NCBI RefSeq assembly: GCF_030684315.1
Contig: NC_081397.1
Location: 9,362,001 to 9,426,000 of the forward strand
From: Stegostoma tigrinum
Lineage: Eukaryota
Direction of reading: 5' to 3'
Length of the DNA stretch: 64,000 bases
Part shown: piece by piece, positions 25,080 through 37,974 of the stretch
How positions within the stretch are numbered: position 1 is the stretch's first letter
How the letters are laid out: each line of letters starts with the position of its first letter
Program-made: the position numbers and the translations under genes
The notes under the pieces: model-generated
Database searches by the model: none
Told to the model about the DNA's origin: nothing
The model's input: the letters and a program-made list of their open reading frames with translations, nothing else

Positions 25080-26240
25080 TGGAAAAGGAGAACAGTGCAT
25101 GGGCGCAGGACGACGTGTGAATAGAGCATGCACGAGATCCGCCATAGTGATGGACAAGCGGTTTCAGTCGCTTCTGTAGGACGATTAACAATTCGGGACG
25201 GCGTGGGGAGCACTGGACACGACGGAAAAGCTTCCTAACCATATTCGGTAAGCCGTAAATCCGAATACGACCCCACCACACCCTGCACCTTCCCTTACAA
25301 CTGCAGGAAGTACCACATCTGCCCTCACACCACCTCCCTCACCCCCATCCCAGGCCCCAAGATGACTTTCCACATCAAGCAGATGTTCACCTGCCAATGT
25401 GGTATACCGCATCCGCTGTGGCTTCCTCTACATTGGAGAAACCAAGCAGAGGCTTGGGGGTTGCTTTGCAGAACACCTACGCTCGGTCCACAGTAAACAA
25501 ATGTACACCCCAGTCACAAACCATTTGAACTCCCCCTCCCATTCCTGAGACGACATGTCCATCCTGGGCCTCCTGCAGTGCCATAACGATGCCACCCGAA
25601 GGTTGCAGGAACAGCATTTCATATTCCACTTGGGAACCCTGCAGCCTAATGGTATCAATGTGAATTTCAGAAGCTTAAAAGCTCCTCTCCCACCACTCCA
25701 TCCCAAAACCAGCCTAGCTCGTCCCCGCCTGCCTAACCTGTTCTTCCTCTCACTTATCCCCTCCTCCCATCTCAAGCCGCACCTCCATTTTCCACCTACC
25801 AACCTCATCCCGCCCCCTTGATCTGCCCGTCCTCCCTGGACTTACCTAGCCCCTCCCATACTCTCCTCTCCACCTATCTTCTCCTCTATCCATCTTCAGT
25901 CCGCCTCCCCCTCTCTCCTTATTTATTTCAGAATCCTCTCCTCATCCCTCTTTTCTGATGAAGGGTCTCGGCCCAAAACGTCAGCTTTTGTGCTCCTAAG
26001 ATACTGCTTGGCCTGCTGTGTTCATCCAGCCCCGCATTTTGTTATCTTGGAATCTCCAGCGTTTGCGCTTCTCATTACCTCTGACCACGACCTTCCAATG
26101 CTACCGGGTTTTTTTTTAACCTCTCCCGGAATTTATAGCTCGGTTCATTGCCGCCATCTTGATTTGAAATGAGGGGCGCAGAGGCGGCGGCCCGGTTTGC
26201 TCGGCAGTGCACGGGTCGCCGCCATCTTTTTAGGGGGCAA
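25080..26240 (-). promoter_or_regulatory. CpG-rich YY1 promoter-like module, copy B, split by a Penelope insertion
   Basis: Minus-strand AAGATGGCGGC at 26218-26228 and 26150-26160. Homology to copy A resumes at 25272 and runs down to ~25080. Confidence 0.6.
25273..26086 (+). mobile_element. Neptune-type Penelope-like element, 5'-truncated
   Basis: Cys-rich linker, YIGETKQRLG GIY-YIG motif, RRLQEQHFIFHLGTLQPNGINV, C-rich UTR and terminal repeat. ACGACC duplicated at 25267-25272 and 26087-26092. Confidence 0.92.
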
Positions 26241-26359
26241 TCTTGCTCATGTCTGAGGAGTTTGTGACCAATTGATCTGTATCGGCTTATGCGTGATTTT
26301 TGATTTGGACAAACTTGTGAGAGGGCACGTACATGGCAGGTGAAATGTAATGTGAATAA

Positions 26360-29300
26360 ATTATTTTTATTTTCCCCACACACTTGCAACTCGTCCGCGA
26401 CGACCAACTTTTCCAAACTGAACTTAATCCCGTTTGCCTGCATTTGGTGCATATTCGTCTCAACCTTTCCGATTGGTGAACCTGTCCAAATGCATTTTAA
26501 ATGTGTAATTGCACACGCCTCTACCAATTCCTGCAGCATCTCATTCCATATATGTACAACGCACTGAGTGAAAAAGTTGCCTGTTTGGTCCGTTTTAAAT
26601 CTTTTCCTCTCACCTTAAATTTTTGCCTTCGAGTTCTGAATTCCCCCACCTGGGAGAAGAGACTTTCGTTATTCACTTTCTTTCGGCCCTCATGAGGAAA
26701 TGTCCCTGGCTATCCAGTCTCTCCTTAAATCTCAATCTTCCAGTTTCAATAATATCTTTGTAAGTCTACTTTACAGACAATCTGGTTGAATAGCATCTTT
26801 TCTATATTAGAGTGACTGAAATTGTATACTGTATCTCAAATGTGGCATTACCAGAGATTACACAGCTGTAAAATGACATCCCACCCCAATTTTCAATATT
26901 CTGACCAATGAAGGCAAGTGGGCCAAAGGCTGTCTTTACCATCCTGTCTACCTGTGTTGCCGCTTTCCAGGTAATATGTACCTGCATCCCTAAGTTTCTT
27001 TGTTTGACACCACTCCCAGGGCTCTACCATTAACTGTGCAAATCCTGCACTGGTTTGTTTTACCAAAAGGCAGCACCTTGTATACATCAGAATTAAACTC
27101 TATTTGTGATTCCTCGGCCTATTGGCCTAGTTGAAAAAGATCCTGTTGTTAAAAAAACACAGTTTCTGGAAAAGCACAGCGGGTCTGGCAGCATCTGTGA
27201 AGGTCCAGTGACCTTTCCTCCTGTTGTAGTCTTAGGTAACACTACAAGGTCCTGTTGTTGTCTTAGATAACCTTCAGTATCCACTCTACCACCAATGTTG
27301 GTGTCATCCGCAAACTTACTAATCATGCCTCTTACATTCTCATTTGAATCATTTTTTTATAAGCGAAACACAACACTGGACCCAGCACTGACCCTTGCAG
27401 TACACGACTGGTTGCAGGCCTTCGATCTGAAAAATGGCCATCCACCACTACCCTCTGTTTCCTACTGTCAGCCTAATTTTGTACCCAGCTGATGAGCTTC
27501 CCTGGATTCAACACCTTCCAGCCTTCATAACCCGTCTACCATGCAGAACCTTGTTGAACATCTTGATAAAGGCCACATAGGCAACATCGACCACTTTGTC
27601 TTCATCTACTTACTTGGTCACATGTTCAAAAAACACAGCCAAATCTGTGAGGACTGATTTCTCACACACCTAACCATGCTGATGATCCATAATCAGTCCT
27701 TGCCTTTGCAAGCGCACGTAGATCCTCTCTCTCAGAATCCCCTCAAACAACTTATCATGGCTCACATTAGGCTCATTGCTTTGTAGTTTCAATATAAGTT
27801 TTTTGGTTTTTCATTGCAAACGTTTGAAATAATGCCACAACATTTGCCACTCCCCAGTCGTCTGGCATCTCACCTATGGCTGTAAAAGATGCAAATACCT
27901 CCACTTCAGGCTCACATTTCTTCCCTAGCTTCCCATATGTCCACAGAAGTATTTGATCAGGTCCTGGAGATTTATCTAACTTTGTGCATTTTAAGACCTT
28001 TCAAATGCCTTACTGAATTCCATATAAATGTGTTAAAGAAACTCCACCAAGTTCATGAGACATGATTTCTCATGCACAAAGCCATGTTGACTATATCTAA
28101 TCATTCCTTGCCTTTCCAAATATATGTAAATCCTGTCCCTCAGAATCCAAAAACTTACCCATCATTGACAACAGGCACACTGGTCAATAGTTCCCTCGCT
28201 GTTCCGTAACATGTTTCTTCAATAATGGTGCCACATTAGCCAACCTTCAGTTTTCTGCTACTTCACCCAGGGCTATTGATGATACAAAATCTCAGCAAAG
28301 GGGCCCAGCAATCACTCCCCTGTCTTCCCACAAAGTTCTGGGGTACACCTGATCAGGTCCTGGGGATTGATCAAACTTGATGCACTTTAAGATGTCCGGC
28401 ACCACCCCCTCTGTAATAGGAACACATTTTAAGCTATCACTATTTGTTTCTCCAAGTTCCCTCCCTTCCGTCCCCTTCTCCACAGTAAATACTAGCACAA
28501 AATGCTCATTTATTATCTTGCCCATCTCCTGCGGCTCCATACATAGGTGGCCTTCCTGACATTTAAGGGGCCCTATTATCTCCATCGTTACTTTTTCTTT
28601 AATCTTTGATCTATTTGAGGAATCTCTTTGGATTCTCCATACCCTACTTGCCAAATCTATCTCATGTCCCCTTTTTGTCTTCCTCATTTTTCTCTTGAGT
28701 ATACTTTGACTGTCCTTATACTCTACTTGAGATTCACTTGAACGCTGCTGCCTGTACTTGACTTATGATTCCATCTTTTTTTCTTGACCAGAGCCTCAAT
28801 TCCTCTCGTCATCCAGAATTCCCTATACAATACCAGCCTTGCCCTTCACAGTAACTGGAACTTACTGTCTCTGGATTCTCATTAGCTCATTTTTTGAAGA
28901 CCACCAATTTTCTAGCCGTACCTTTACCTGTGAATATCCAGTTTCAATCAACTTTTGAAAGTTCTTCCCCAACACAGTCAAACTTGGCCTTCCTCTAATT
29001 TGAAACTTCAAGTTTTAGATCGGGTCTAACACTTCCCATAACTATTTTGAAATGCATAGAGTTATGATCACTGGTCCCAACGTACCACACCACTGACACC
29101 TCAGTCTTGCCTCATTTCCCAAAAGAAGCTCAAGTTTTGGTCCTTCTCTAATAGGTAAGAAAAATATTTTTGTCCACCCGTGACAATTTTTTCTCCCTCC
29201 AAGTCCTTAACTCTATATTTGGAGAGTTAAAATCCCGTACATTACAAGCCAAGTTTCCTTACAGATAACGGAGATCTCCTGACGAATGTACTTCTCAATT

Positions 29301-31450
29301 TCCCACTGACTATTGGGGGGTTGGGGGTGGTGCAGCTATACACCAGTGTCAGTAAGGTGATCACCACTTTCTCATTTCTCAATTTGACCCAAGTAACATC
29401 ACTGGACCTACTCCCCAGAATATCCTACCTAAGCACAGCCATAATGTTATCCCTAACAAGGATTACCACTCCTCCTCCTTTCTTGTCCCCCTTTCTATCC
29501 TTTCCTCACTGGCACCTCCATAGCATATCCTTCCATGAGCACCTGAGCCCTGCAATATTAAGTTGCCAGTCCTGTTCATCTTTGAGTCATGTTTTTGTAA
29601 TAGCTATGATATCCCAGTCCCATGTTCCCAATCATGGCCTGAGTTCATCTTCCTTACCTGACCGGCCTCTTGCTTTGAAATAAATGCAGTGCAATTTATC
29701 AGTCCTGCTCCAGACTGCTTTGACTGTTTGATTTGCTCCTTTTCTCAACTGCTCCAGCCTCGGACTGACATCTTTCCTCACTATTTCTCCGACACAATCG
29801 ACATCCCCTCAAAAGAAACTCCCGAGAGGGCAAATCTGTGTTCCGTGTCAGATTAGATTAGATTCCCTACAGTGTGGAAACAGGCCCTACAGCCCAACAA
29901 GTACACACTGCCCCTTGAGAATCCCACTCAGCCCCATCCCTATAACACTACAGGAAATTTAGCATGGCTGATCCACCTAGCCTGCACATCTTCGGACTGT
30001 GGAATGAAACCAGAGCACCTAGAGGAAACCCGCGCCGACACAGCAAGAATGTGCAAACTCTGCACAGACAGTTATCCAAGGCCAGATTCAAACCCGGGTC
30101 CCTGGCGCTGTGAGGCTGCAGTGCTAACCACTGAGCCATTGTGCCGCTCAGGTGCAACATGTCCTTCTTAGACAGATCAATTGTACCCCAGAAGACATTC
30201 CGATGAGCCAAAAATGTGTTTCCTTCTCCCACACTCCAGCTCCTCAGTCACAATCATCTGCTCTATTTTTCTATTCTGACTGCCACTAACACATGGCACA
30301 GGAGTAAGCCACATATTATTGCCCTTGAGGGCCTATGCTCAGCCTGCTTCATAATTTCCTGCATTCTCGCTTTAGAAACTCATCCTTTTCTCTTCCTCTG
30401 TCGTTGGTACTAACCTGTACACTTGACCTTTGCTGTCTATATTTGTCATATGTTTCCTTCTTATTCTTGACTAAAACTTCAATTTCTGTCATCACCCAGC
30501 ATTCCCTACACCTACCAGCCTTACCCTTCACGTTAACGTTCTGGAGATTCCAATGATCCAAAAATGTGATTCCTTCTCCCCTGCACCAGCTCCTTAGCCA
30601 CGCATTCATCTGCTCTATCCTCCTATTCCTACCCTCACCAGCTCATGGCACTGGGAGTAATTCAGATATTATTCCCCTCAAGGACCTCCTTTTATATTCC
30701 TGCCTAACTTCAAATATTCTCTCCTCAGAATCTCATCCTTTTCTCTTCCTTTATCATTCAATCCAATGCATACAACAACCTCCTGCTGACCCCTCTCCCC
30801 ATTGAGAATATTCTGCACCCTCTCCCCATACCCTTGATTCTGGCACCAGGGAAGCAGCACACCATTCTGATTTCACACTGTCAGCAACAGAAACATCTGT
30901 CTGTGCCTCTGACTAGAGAATCCCCGATCACAATCAATAGCTTGGGATCTGATGTACCCCTCGTTACATTATAGCCAGTCTCAGTACCAGAAACCTGGCT
31001 ATTTGTGTTCCGTTCCCCTGCGAGTCGATCAACCTCTACATTTTCCAAAACAGCATACTTGTTTGAGATGGGGATGGTCACAGGAGACTCCTGTTTGCCC
31101 TGCTTTGCTCACCTACCTTTCCAGGAAGTCACCCATCCACCTGACAATACCTTCTGTTTTTCTCTCACTCTGCAACTGCCAACCATCACACACCCGCTTA
31201 GCTCCTGCAAACCCCTCATTGCCTCTAACTGCCGCTCCAAAAGATCCATGCAATCTGACGGGATTCAAAACAAAACACACTTCCTGCAGACATAACCATC
31301 AGTAACGTGGAAACTCTCCCACATCTGACAGGAAGAGCACATTACTCTGCTAAAGGCCATCTGTGCACCTTAACAATCTACAGACCCAGAAAATAGTACA
31401 GTCTTATGGCTTTAAAAAGCACTGGTTCAGGCAAACTTATTACCTATGTT
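26360..31450 (-). mobile_element. Nested minus-strand CR1 copies covering RT, endonuclease and ORF1 (SGNH/GDSL esterase) regions
   Basis: ISKFADDT (27093-27326), QSPGPDQVYPRTL (28292-28687), VVVCIGLND and IVIGDSLVRG (30678-31081). Some segments occur twice, so at least two elements are present. Confidence 0.88.
29850..30147 (-). mobile_element. tRNA-derived V-SINE (HE1-like)
   Basis: Minus-strand TGGCTCAGTGG A box, GGTTTGAATC B box, TGTGCAGAGTTTGCAC central domain, CR1-like tail with AATCT repeats. Confidence 0.88.
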
Positions 31451-31939
31451 TTATACTTTTAAAGCTTAATCAAGAGACAGATCTTTTAAAGATTTCTGGC
31501 ACAGACCATAATCCCGGGACTTTTCAGCATTTAGGCCCATAGAATTTGGGTACAGATACTAATTGCATGGCAAAGCCTAAAACCCTTCAACAAAAGTTAA
31601 GCTTGATTTTATAATTCATATTTCAAACAGACACCACCAAGGACAACCTACCCTGTTGCAAACTGTTCAAAAAAATGACTAATAACTGACGTCATACTTG
31701 CTCAGTCAGCTTCCTGGAGGTCATAAATGTTGTCTTTGTAAGTTTCTATTCAGACATACCTGGAATCAGCTGATCATAACTGTTCCAAATCTCAGGCAGT
31801 TAAACCAGTCACATTCGCCTGCATTGCATTGACTTCGGTGAACTCAAACAGTGATATTGCCAATCCAATTTGTGTCAGGACAACTGATGTTCCTATTGCA
31901 AAGATGTGAAGGGAAGGTGCAGAAGTTTACTTCCTATTA

Positions 31940-34010
31940 GAACTATAGAAATGATACAGCACAGAAGGGTGGCATTCAGCTCATCTTGACTATGATGACT
32001 CGAAGACATCCAGATGCTCTTTAATCCAATCTTCCTGCACATGGCCCATAACCGTACAGCTTTATAGCACTTAAGGTGCGGGTTAAGGTATTTTTAAAAG
32101 AGTTAAGGGTCTCCCTCCACCACCAACTTGGGCAGCAAATTCCAGGCACCCACTGTAGTGACTATAATGAAGCCAACCAGCTAGACCTCATAGAATATGC
32201 GTTCTTTAATTGGTGCTGTGAACCTGGCTCAATAAGGGAGCCCTGGATGACACACAGCAGTATGATTTCAGTAGCACAATTCTCTTGATCTTAAGTATCA
32301 CTTTAGGACAGACAACATGCAGCAACTTTCCGCTCAGAGGCAGGTTGGTGAGATGACTTATTCTTGTCTCACAGCAATCTCATTTCACACGCACTGCATG
32401 ACACAGAAATTGACTGATTGCTGTACATTTTGACAACCCATTATTTAGATGTTATATAATAGAGGATGTTATTAATATGTCCAGCTAAAATCTGAATTGA
32501 AATGCATAGTCACCATTGTATCATAAAGTCAACCTGTTGAACAAGTGGCCAGCTCCAGGGATGCTGCCTCCAGGGTGAGCTCAGGAACATTAGCCCTTTC
32601 TCGATTCCACCACAATCTGGGTGAAAAAGCTTTTCCTGCCTTTCACCTTAAATTTATGCCCCTTCTTACTGACCCATCGACTAAGTTGAACAGCTGCTTC
32701 CTATCCACCCTGTCCATGCCCCTCATAAGCTCTATCAGGTTCCCCCTCTATCTTCTCCCCTCCAAGGAAAACAACCCAAGCTTATCCAGCCTCCCACCAT
32801 TGCTGAAATTCTCCGTCCCAGACAACATCCTGGTGACTTTCCTCTCCACCCTGTCCAATGTAATCACATCTTTCCTATAGTCTGGAGAACAGAACTGCAC
32901 ATAGCACTCTGCCTGTGGCCGAGCCAATGTTCTGTACAGCTCCAACATAACCTTCCTGCTCTTAAAATCGATGCCTCAACTGATAAAATCGTGTCCCAAA
33001 TGCCTTACGAACCATCCTATTACCATGTTGTGCTGCCATCAGGGATTCATGGATAAGCACTCCTGATCTCTCTGATCCTTTGAGCTTCCCAGTGTCCTAT
33101 CATTCATTGAACTCTCTTTGTCTTAGTGCATCACCTCCCATTTACCAGGGTTAAGTTCCACCTGCCACTGATCTGTCCATCTGACCAATCCATTTATATC
33201 CTTCTCTAACCTAACAACTTCTTCCTCACTGTCAACCGCCCACACAATCATTGTGTCATTCACAAACTTACTTATCATTCCACACCTTCTCCCCACTCTG
33301 ATGTGTATTGTTTATATACCTCCCAAACAATAAGGACCCTGTGACCTCCCACTGCACACTAGACTCCGGGCACTCAAACAGTGCCTCTACCACTCTGTGT
33401 CTCTGGGCACTAAACCAACGTTGGACTCAACTTGCCAAGATGATTTTACCTTCTTTAGCAGTCTCCCATGTGGGACCTTGTGAAAGGCCTTGCTGAAATT
33501 CCTATAAACCACATCTTCTGCATTACCGTCACCCACACAGCTGGTCACCTCTGCAAAAAAATTCAGTCTGACATATTTGATAAGATTTCCCTCTGACAAA
33601 GCTATGCTGACTATCCCTTATCAAATCTGGCTTCCCAAGTGGAGATTAAGTCTCTCCTTCTGAATTTTATCCTGAGGTTTCCCTACCATGATGTGAGACT
33701 CTCTAGAGTTTAATTTCTTTGTTTATCTCACAACCGGCTTGAAAAGTAGAATGGCATTAGCTGTCCTCCAGCTCCCTGGCACCTCCACTGTGGCCAGAGA
33801 GCAATGAGCATTTTGGGTCGGAGCAGCTGTAATTTCCTGCTCTGTCTCTCACAGCAGCTTGGGATACAACTCAGCCAGACCTGGGGCTTTGTGCACTTTC
33901 AACCTGCCAAAACCTCTGATACCTCCTCACTCCCGATGTCAATCTGCTCAAGAACCTCACAGTCTCTCTTCAAGAATTCTGCACCTACATCCTTCTCCTG
34001 AGTAAAAACA
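31940..34010 (-). mobile_element. Degenerate CR1 ORF2, interrupted at ~32154-32600
   Basis: LELYRTLARPQAECYVQF and NFSKAFHKVPHGRL on the minus strand. Confidence 0.85.
32154..32250 (+). mobile_element. Partial LTR related to the LTR at 53081-53307
   Basis: Starts TGTAGTG. AGACCT...GAAT...ATTGG...CAAT-AGGGAG-CCTGG-TGACA blocks are shared with 53104-53171. Confidence 0.55.
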
Positions 34011-35140
34011 GATGGGAAGTAAAGTCAGGAGGTATGGGATACAGGGTAATCTGGCTGTCTGGATTCAGAATTGGTTGGCTGACCTGAGGCAGAGAGGGGT
34101 TGTAGATGGTAAGTATTCTGCCTGGAGGCCCAGTGCTGAGTGGTGTCCTGCAGGGCTCTGTTCTTGGGCCTCTGCTCTTTGTAGTTTTTATAAATGACTT
34201 GGATGAGGAGGTTGAGGAGTGGGTTAGTATGTTTGCTGATGACACAAAGGTTGGAGGTGCCATTGATAGTATCGAGGGCTATTGCAGGCTTCAGTGAGAC
34301 ATTCACAGTCTGCAGAGCTGGGCTGAGAAATGGCAGATAGAGTTCAACCTGGATAAATGGGAAGTGATGCATTTTGGAAGGCCGAATTTAAATGCTGAAT
34401 ATAGGATTAAAGGCAAGATTCTTGGCAGTGTGGAGAAACAGCGGGATCTTGGTGTTCAAGTGCATAGCTCCCTCAAAGTTGCCACCCAAGTGGATAAGGT
34501 TGTTAAGAAAGCATATGGTGTTTTGGCTTTCATTAACAGCGGGATCGAGTTTACGAGCCATGAGGTTTTGCTGCTGTGTACAAGATCCTGGTGAGACCAC
34601 ACGTGGAATATTGTGTCCAGTTCTGGTCGCCCTATAATAGGAAAGATGTGGAGGCTTTGGAGAGGGTGCAAAGGAGGTTTACCAGGATGTTGCCTGGACT
34701 GGAGGGCTTGTCTTACGAGGAGAGGTTGACTGAGCTCAGACTTTTCTCTCTGGAGAGAAGGAGGAAGAGAGGTGGCCTGATCGAGGTGTACAAGGTAATG
34801 AGAGACATGGATAGAGTCGATGGCCAGAGACCTTTCCCCAGGGCAGGATTGACTGCCACGAGGGGTCATAGTTTTAAGGTGTTAGGAGGAAGGTATAGAG
34901 ATGTCAGAGGGAGGTTCTTCACCCAGAGAGTTGTGAGCGCATGGAATGCTTTGCCAGTGGTAGTCGTGGAAGCGGAGTCATTAGTGACATTTAAGTGACT
35001 GCTGGACATGCACATGGACGGCAGTGAATTGAGGGGAATATAGGTTAGGTTATTTTATTTTTGGATTAGGATTATTCCACGGCACAACATCGTGGCCTGA
35101 AGGGCCTGTACTGTGCTGTACTTTTCTGTGTTCTATGTTA
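34010..35140 (+). mobile_element. Relatively young 5'-truncated CR1 LINE
   Basis: QGSVLGPLLFVVFINDLD...FADDTK, HVEYCVQFWSP...GRFFTQRVVSAWNALP. Tail TTCTGTGTTCTATG. Confidence 0.95.
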
Positions 35141-35149
35141 TATGTACAG

Positions 35150-35950
35150 CGACCTCCTGCTGATCGCTCTCCTCTTTGGGAATATTCTGCACCCTCTCCA
35201 AGATATCCTTGATCTTCACAACAGGGAGGCCACACACCATTCTGATGTCTCACTGTTGGCCGCAGAAGTGATTATCTGTGCCTCTGACCAGAAAGTCCCC
35301 TGTCACAATTGATCACTTGAAATGTGATTTATCACCCCCATTTCATCAGAGCCAGCCTCAGCCTCAGAAATATGGCTGTTAATGCTGTATTCCCCTGAGA
35401 GTCCATCACCCACTATATTTTCCGAAACAGCAAACTTATTTGATATTGAGATAGCCGCAGGAGACTCCTGAATTACCGGCCTTCCCTCCTACCTTTCCTA
35501 GAGGTAACCCATCTACCTAATGGTACCTGGAATTTTTCTACCTTCTTGATACTTCCATTCATCACACCCCTGGCTCCAGCAAATTCCTCATTACTTCTAA
35601 CTGCTACTCTATGTGATCCAATAGGATTTGCACTTCCTGCAGACATTATCACCAGTACCACTGATTTTTTCCTGAATGTCCCACATCAGGCAGGAAGAGC
35701 ACATCACTCTACTAAAGGCCATCTCTGTGTCTTCATCAACAACCCAGAAAATAGCGCAGTCTTACTGCTCTAGGATAACTTAATACCTGTTGTTTATTTT
35801 TTTTAAATCAAGAGAGTGATCTCAGTAAAACATGAAAAATCTCACCCTACTCATTACAATAGATTTTTTAAAAAACAGATTCAACAAACATTTAGCTGAT
35901 CAATGCTGTGAAATGCTGACACTCCCAGCTGTGAGTATTTCCAATATTGA
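35150..35950 (-). mobile_element. CR1 ORF1/5' fragment
   Basis: Homologous to 30780-31420, e.g. AATATTCTGCACCCTCTCC and GGAAGAGCACAT-ACTCT-CTAAAGGCCATCT. Confidence 0.75.
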
Positions 35951-36469
35951 AGTCTCTCTAAGGTCAGCTGTAAAATTTCTTTGTTTGTTTGCCTTTCATT
36001 TTTTTGTTGTTAAACATGAGCTATTTTCTGACCTCCCTCATGTTCCCTCCCGAAATTATGACCCCTGCCTGAAACAATGCCGTGACGCCTGCAATATGTC
36101 AGCAAAATTTCAAATGAGAGAGAGAGAGAAATGTGACAGAAAATTATCATAAAGGAGCTGACTATATCACCCGCTCCCCTCACCGTCCCCACCCCCCGCT
36201 TACCCTTTAACAGAAAGACCTCTCCTAAAGTTTATGTCTTATCTTCCCAGGAATATATAAAATACAAGTGGTTAAATATCGAGTGCAACCCTGGTAAGGG
36301 CTAGTGGCAGAGGTTTGCTAGTGAACTACAAGCCTGTCTCCACCAGCTGGGGATCAAGCACCACAGTACCGGAAAAGTCGCAGCCAAAAACTCACCCAAC
36401 AGCAGCCCTTGCTTTGCAGGTAAAAGAATCTCTCACTCTAAATGCTACCAGCCAACCACCATCAAAACA

Positions 36470-37100
36470 AAACAGGATAAAGTATCAAAGTGAGGAGGTT
36501 CTGCTGAACCTATACAAGAGGATAGTCAGATCGCAGCTGGACAACAGTGAATAGTTTTCTAGTTTTCAGCTCTTTATCTAAGAAAAGATATATTGGCATT
36601 GGAGGCAGTCAGAGAAGGCTTCCAAGGCTGATCTCAGGTATGGAGGGATTGTCTGATGAGGAGAAGTCGTGGAGCTTGGGCCTGCATTCATTTAGTTTCA
36701 AAGAAGGAGAGGTAACCTCATTGAAACATAGAAGTTTCTTGGAGGAACTTGACAAGCTGGATGTGGAGAAGCTGTTTCCCATTGTGGGAAGACTTTAGCA
36801 CCAGAGGGTATCATCTCAGAATAACGGATTGTCCACTTAAGATACAGATCAGGAGGAATCTCCTCTCTATGAAGGGAGTGTATCTGTGGAATTCTTTACT
36901 TCGAGGGCTTTTGAGGCTGGGTTATTACGTATATTCAAAGATGCGATAGATGTCAAATTAGTAATGGAAACCAAGTGATATGGGAAAAAGGGCAGGATAC
37001 TGGAGTTGAAGATAATCAGATCAGGCATAATCTCACTGAATAGCAGAGCAGACTCGATGGGTTGAGTGGCCTACTTCTCCTTCTACATCTTATGGTCTTT
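36470..37100 (+). mobile_element. CR1 3' fragment
   Basis: EVLLNLYK, QRRLPRLISGMEGLS, TRGYHLRI...LWNSL. Confidence 0.8.
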
Positions 37101-37974
37101 AAAATGATTTACACAAAATTGTAAAATCCAAGCATCCTGACATCAATTGTTCAATAGTCATTGTTCTGGAAACTATTCTTCACAAACCTCTGACAGAGAT
37201 TGACCTGTGTGCCTTTCAACGTCTGCTTATTTTTGGCCTCACTGTTTTTGAAACTGTGTGTATGTGTGCCTTATTATTCATTTTTCTTGCCTGCCTGGCC
37301 TCTCACATTTGCCATGCACACTCACTCACTGAGCTCTGGCGAGACTGGGGAGTGACACTGGATCAATACTGTGACCTGGGTGTTGGGGGGGGTGATGGGA
37401 TGACCATTCTCAGGGCACTAGTTAGTTGCTGAGGTGAAATTCCAAACACCTAATTTGGCAAAGTGCATGTCAAGTTTAGAGGTATATTAAAGCTTTGAAA
37501 CCATAAGCAGTAAACAGAAACTCACTCACAACTCATTAAGAATCTAACCCCACTGGCTTTAGCCTTTCACCACATCACATCTGTGGGCCTGAACAATGAA
37601 ACGCACCATCCACTGTTCAGGGAGGTTTCACACGAAATCAACCGCACACACAGACACAAACAATGACGAACCTTGTGTGATTCATGCACTCGAGCACGCA
37701 GATCCCTCAGCATCTCCGAGCTTTGCAGCTCATCTATTATAGAGCTCTACATAGTGCCCTGAATAGCAAGACAGTGCAGGGCAGGCTGCCAACTCCCAGA
37801 AAACTGAGTAAACTAGGCAGAGTCATGGTGAGCCCAGGTTAAACTAAGCAGAACAAGTCACACTGGAATTAAATGGAGACATTCTGGTTGGATCGCAGGT
37901 AGAGTAATAGATATCCAGAGTGAGTTATAGCTTGGAACTAATTGAGAGGTTTGAAAGGTTTCATGAAGAAAAAA

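Noticed and set aside
23232-26240. DNA transposon or DIRS element defined by terminal inverted repeats
   Set aside because: No TSD, no transposase, RT or tyrosine-recombinase remnant in the interior, and strongly diverged arms. Kept only as an alternative reading.
31760-31892. Minus-strand exon-like segment with good splice sites (TTGCAATAG / GTATGT)
   Set aside because: It has stop codons in all three frames. It is at most a non-coding exon, with no supporting evidence.
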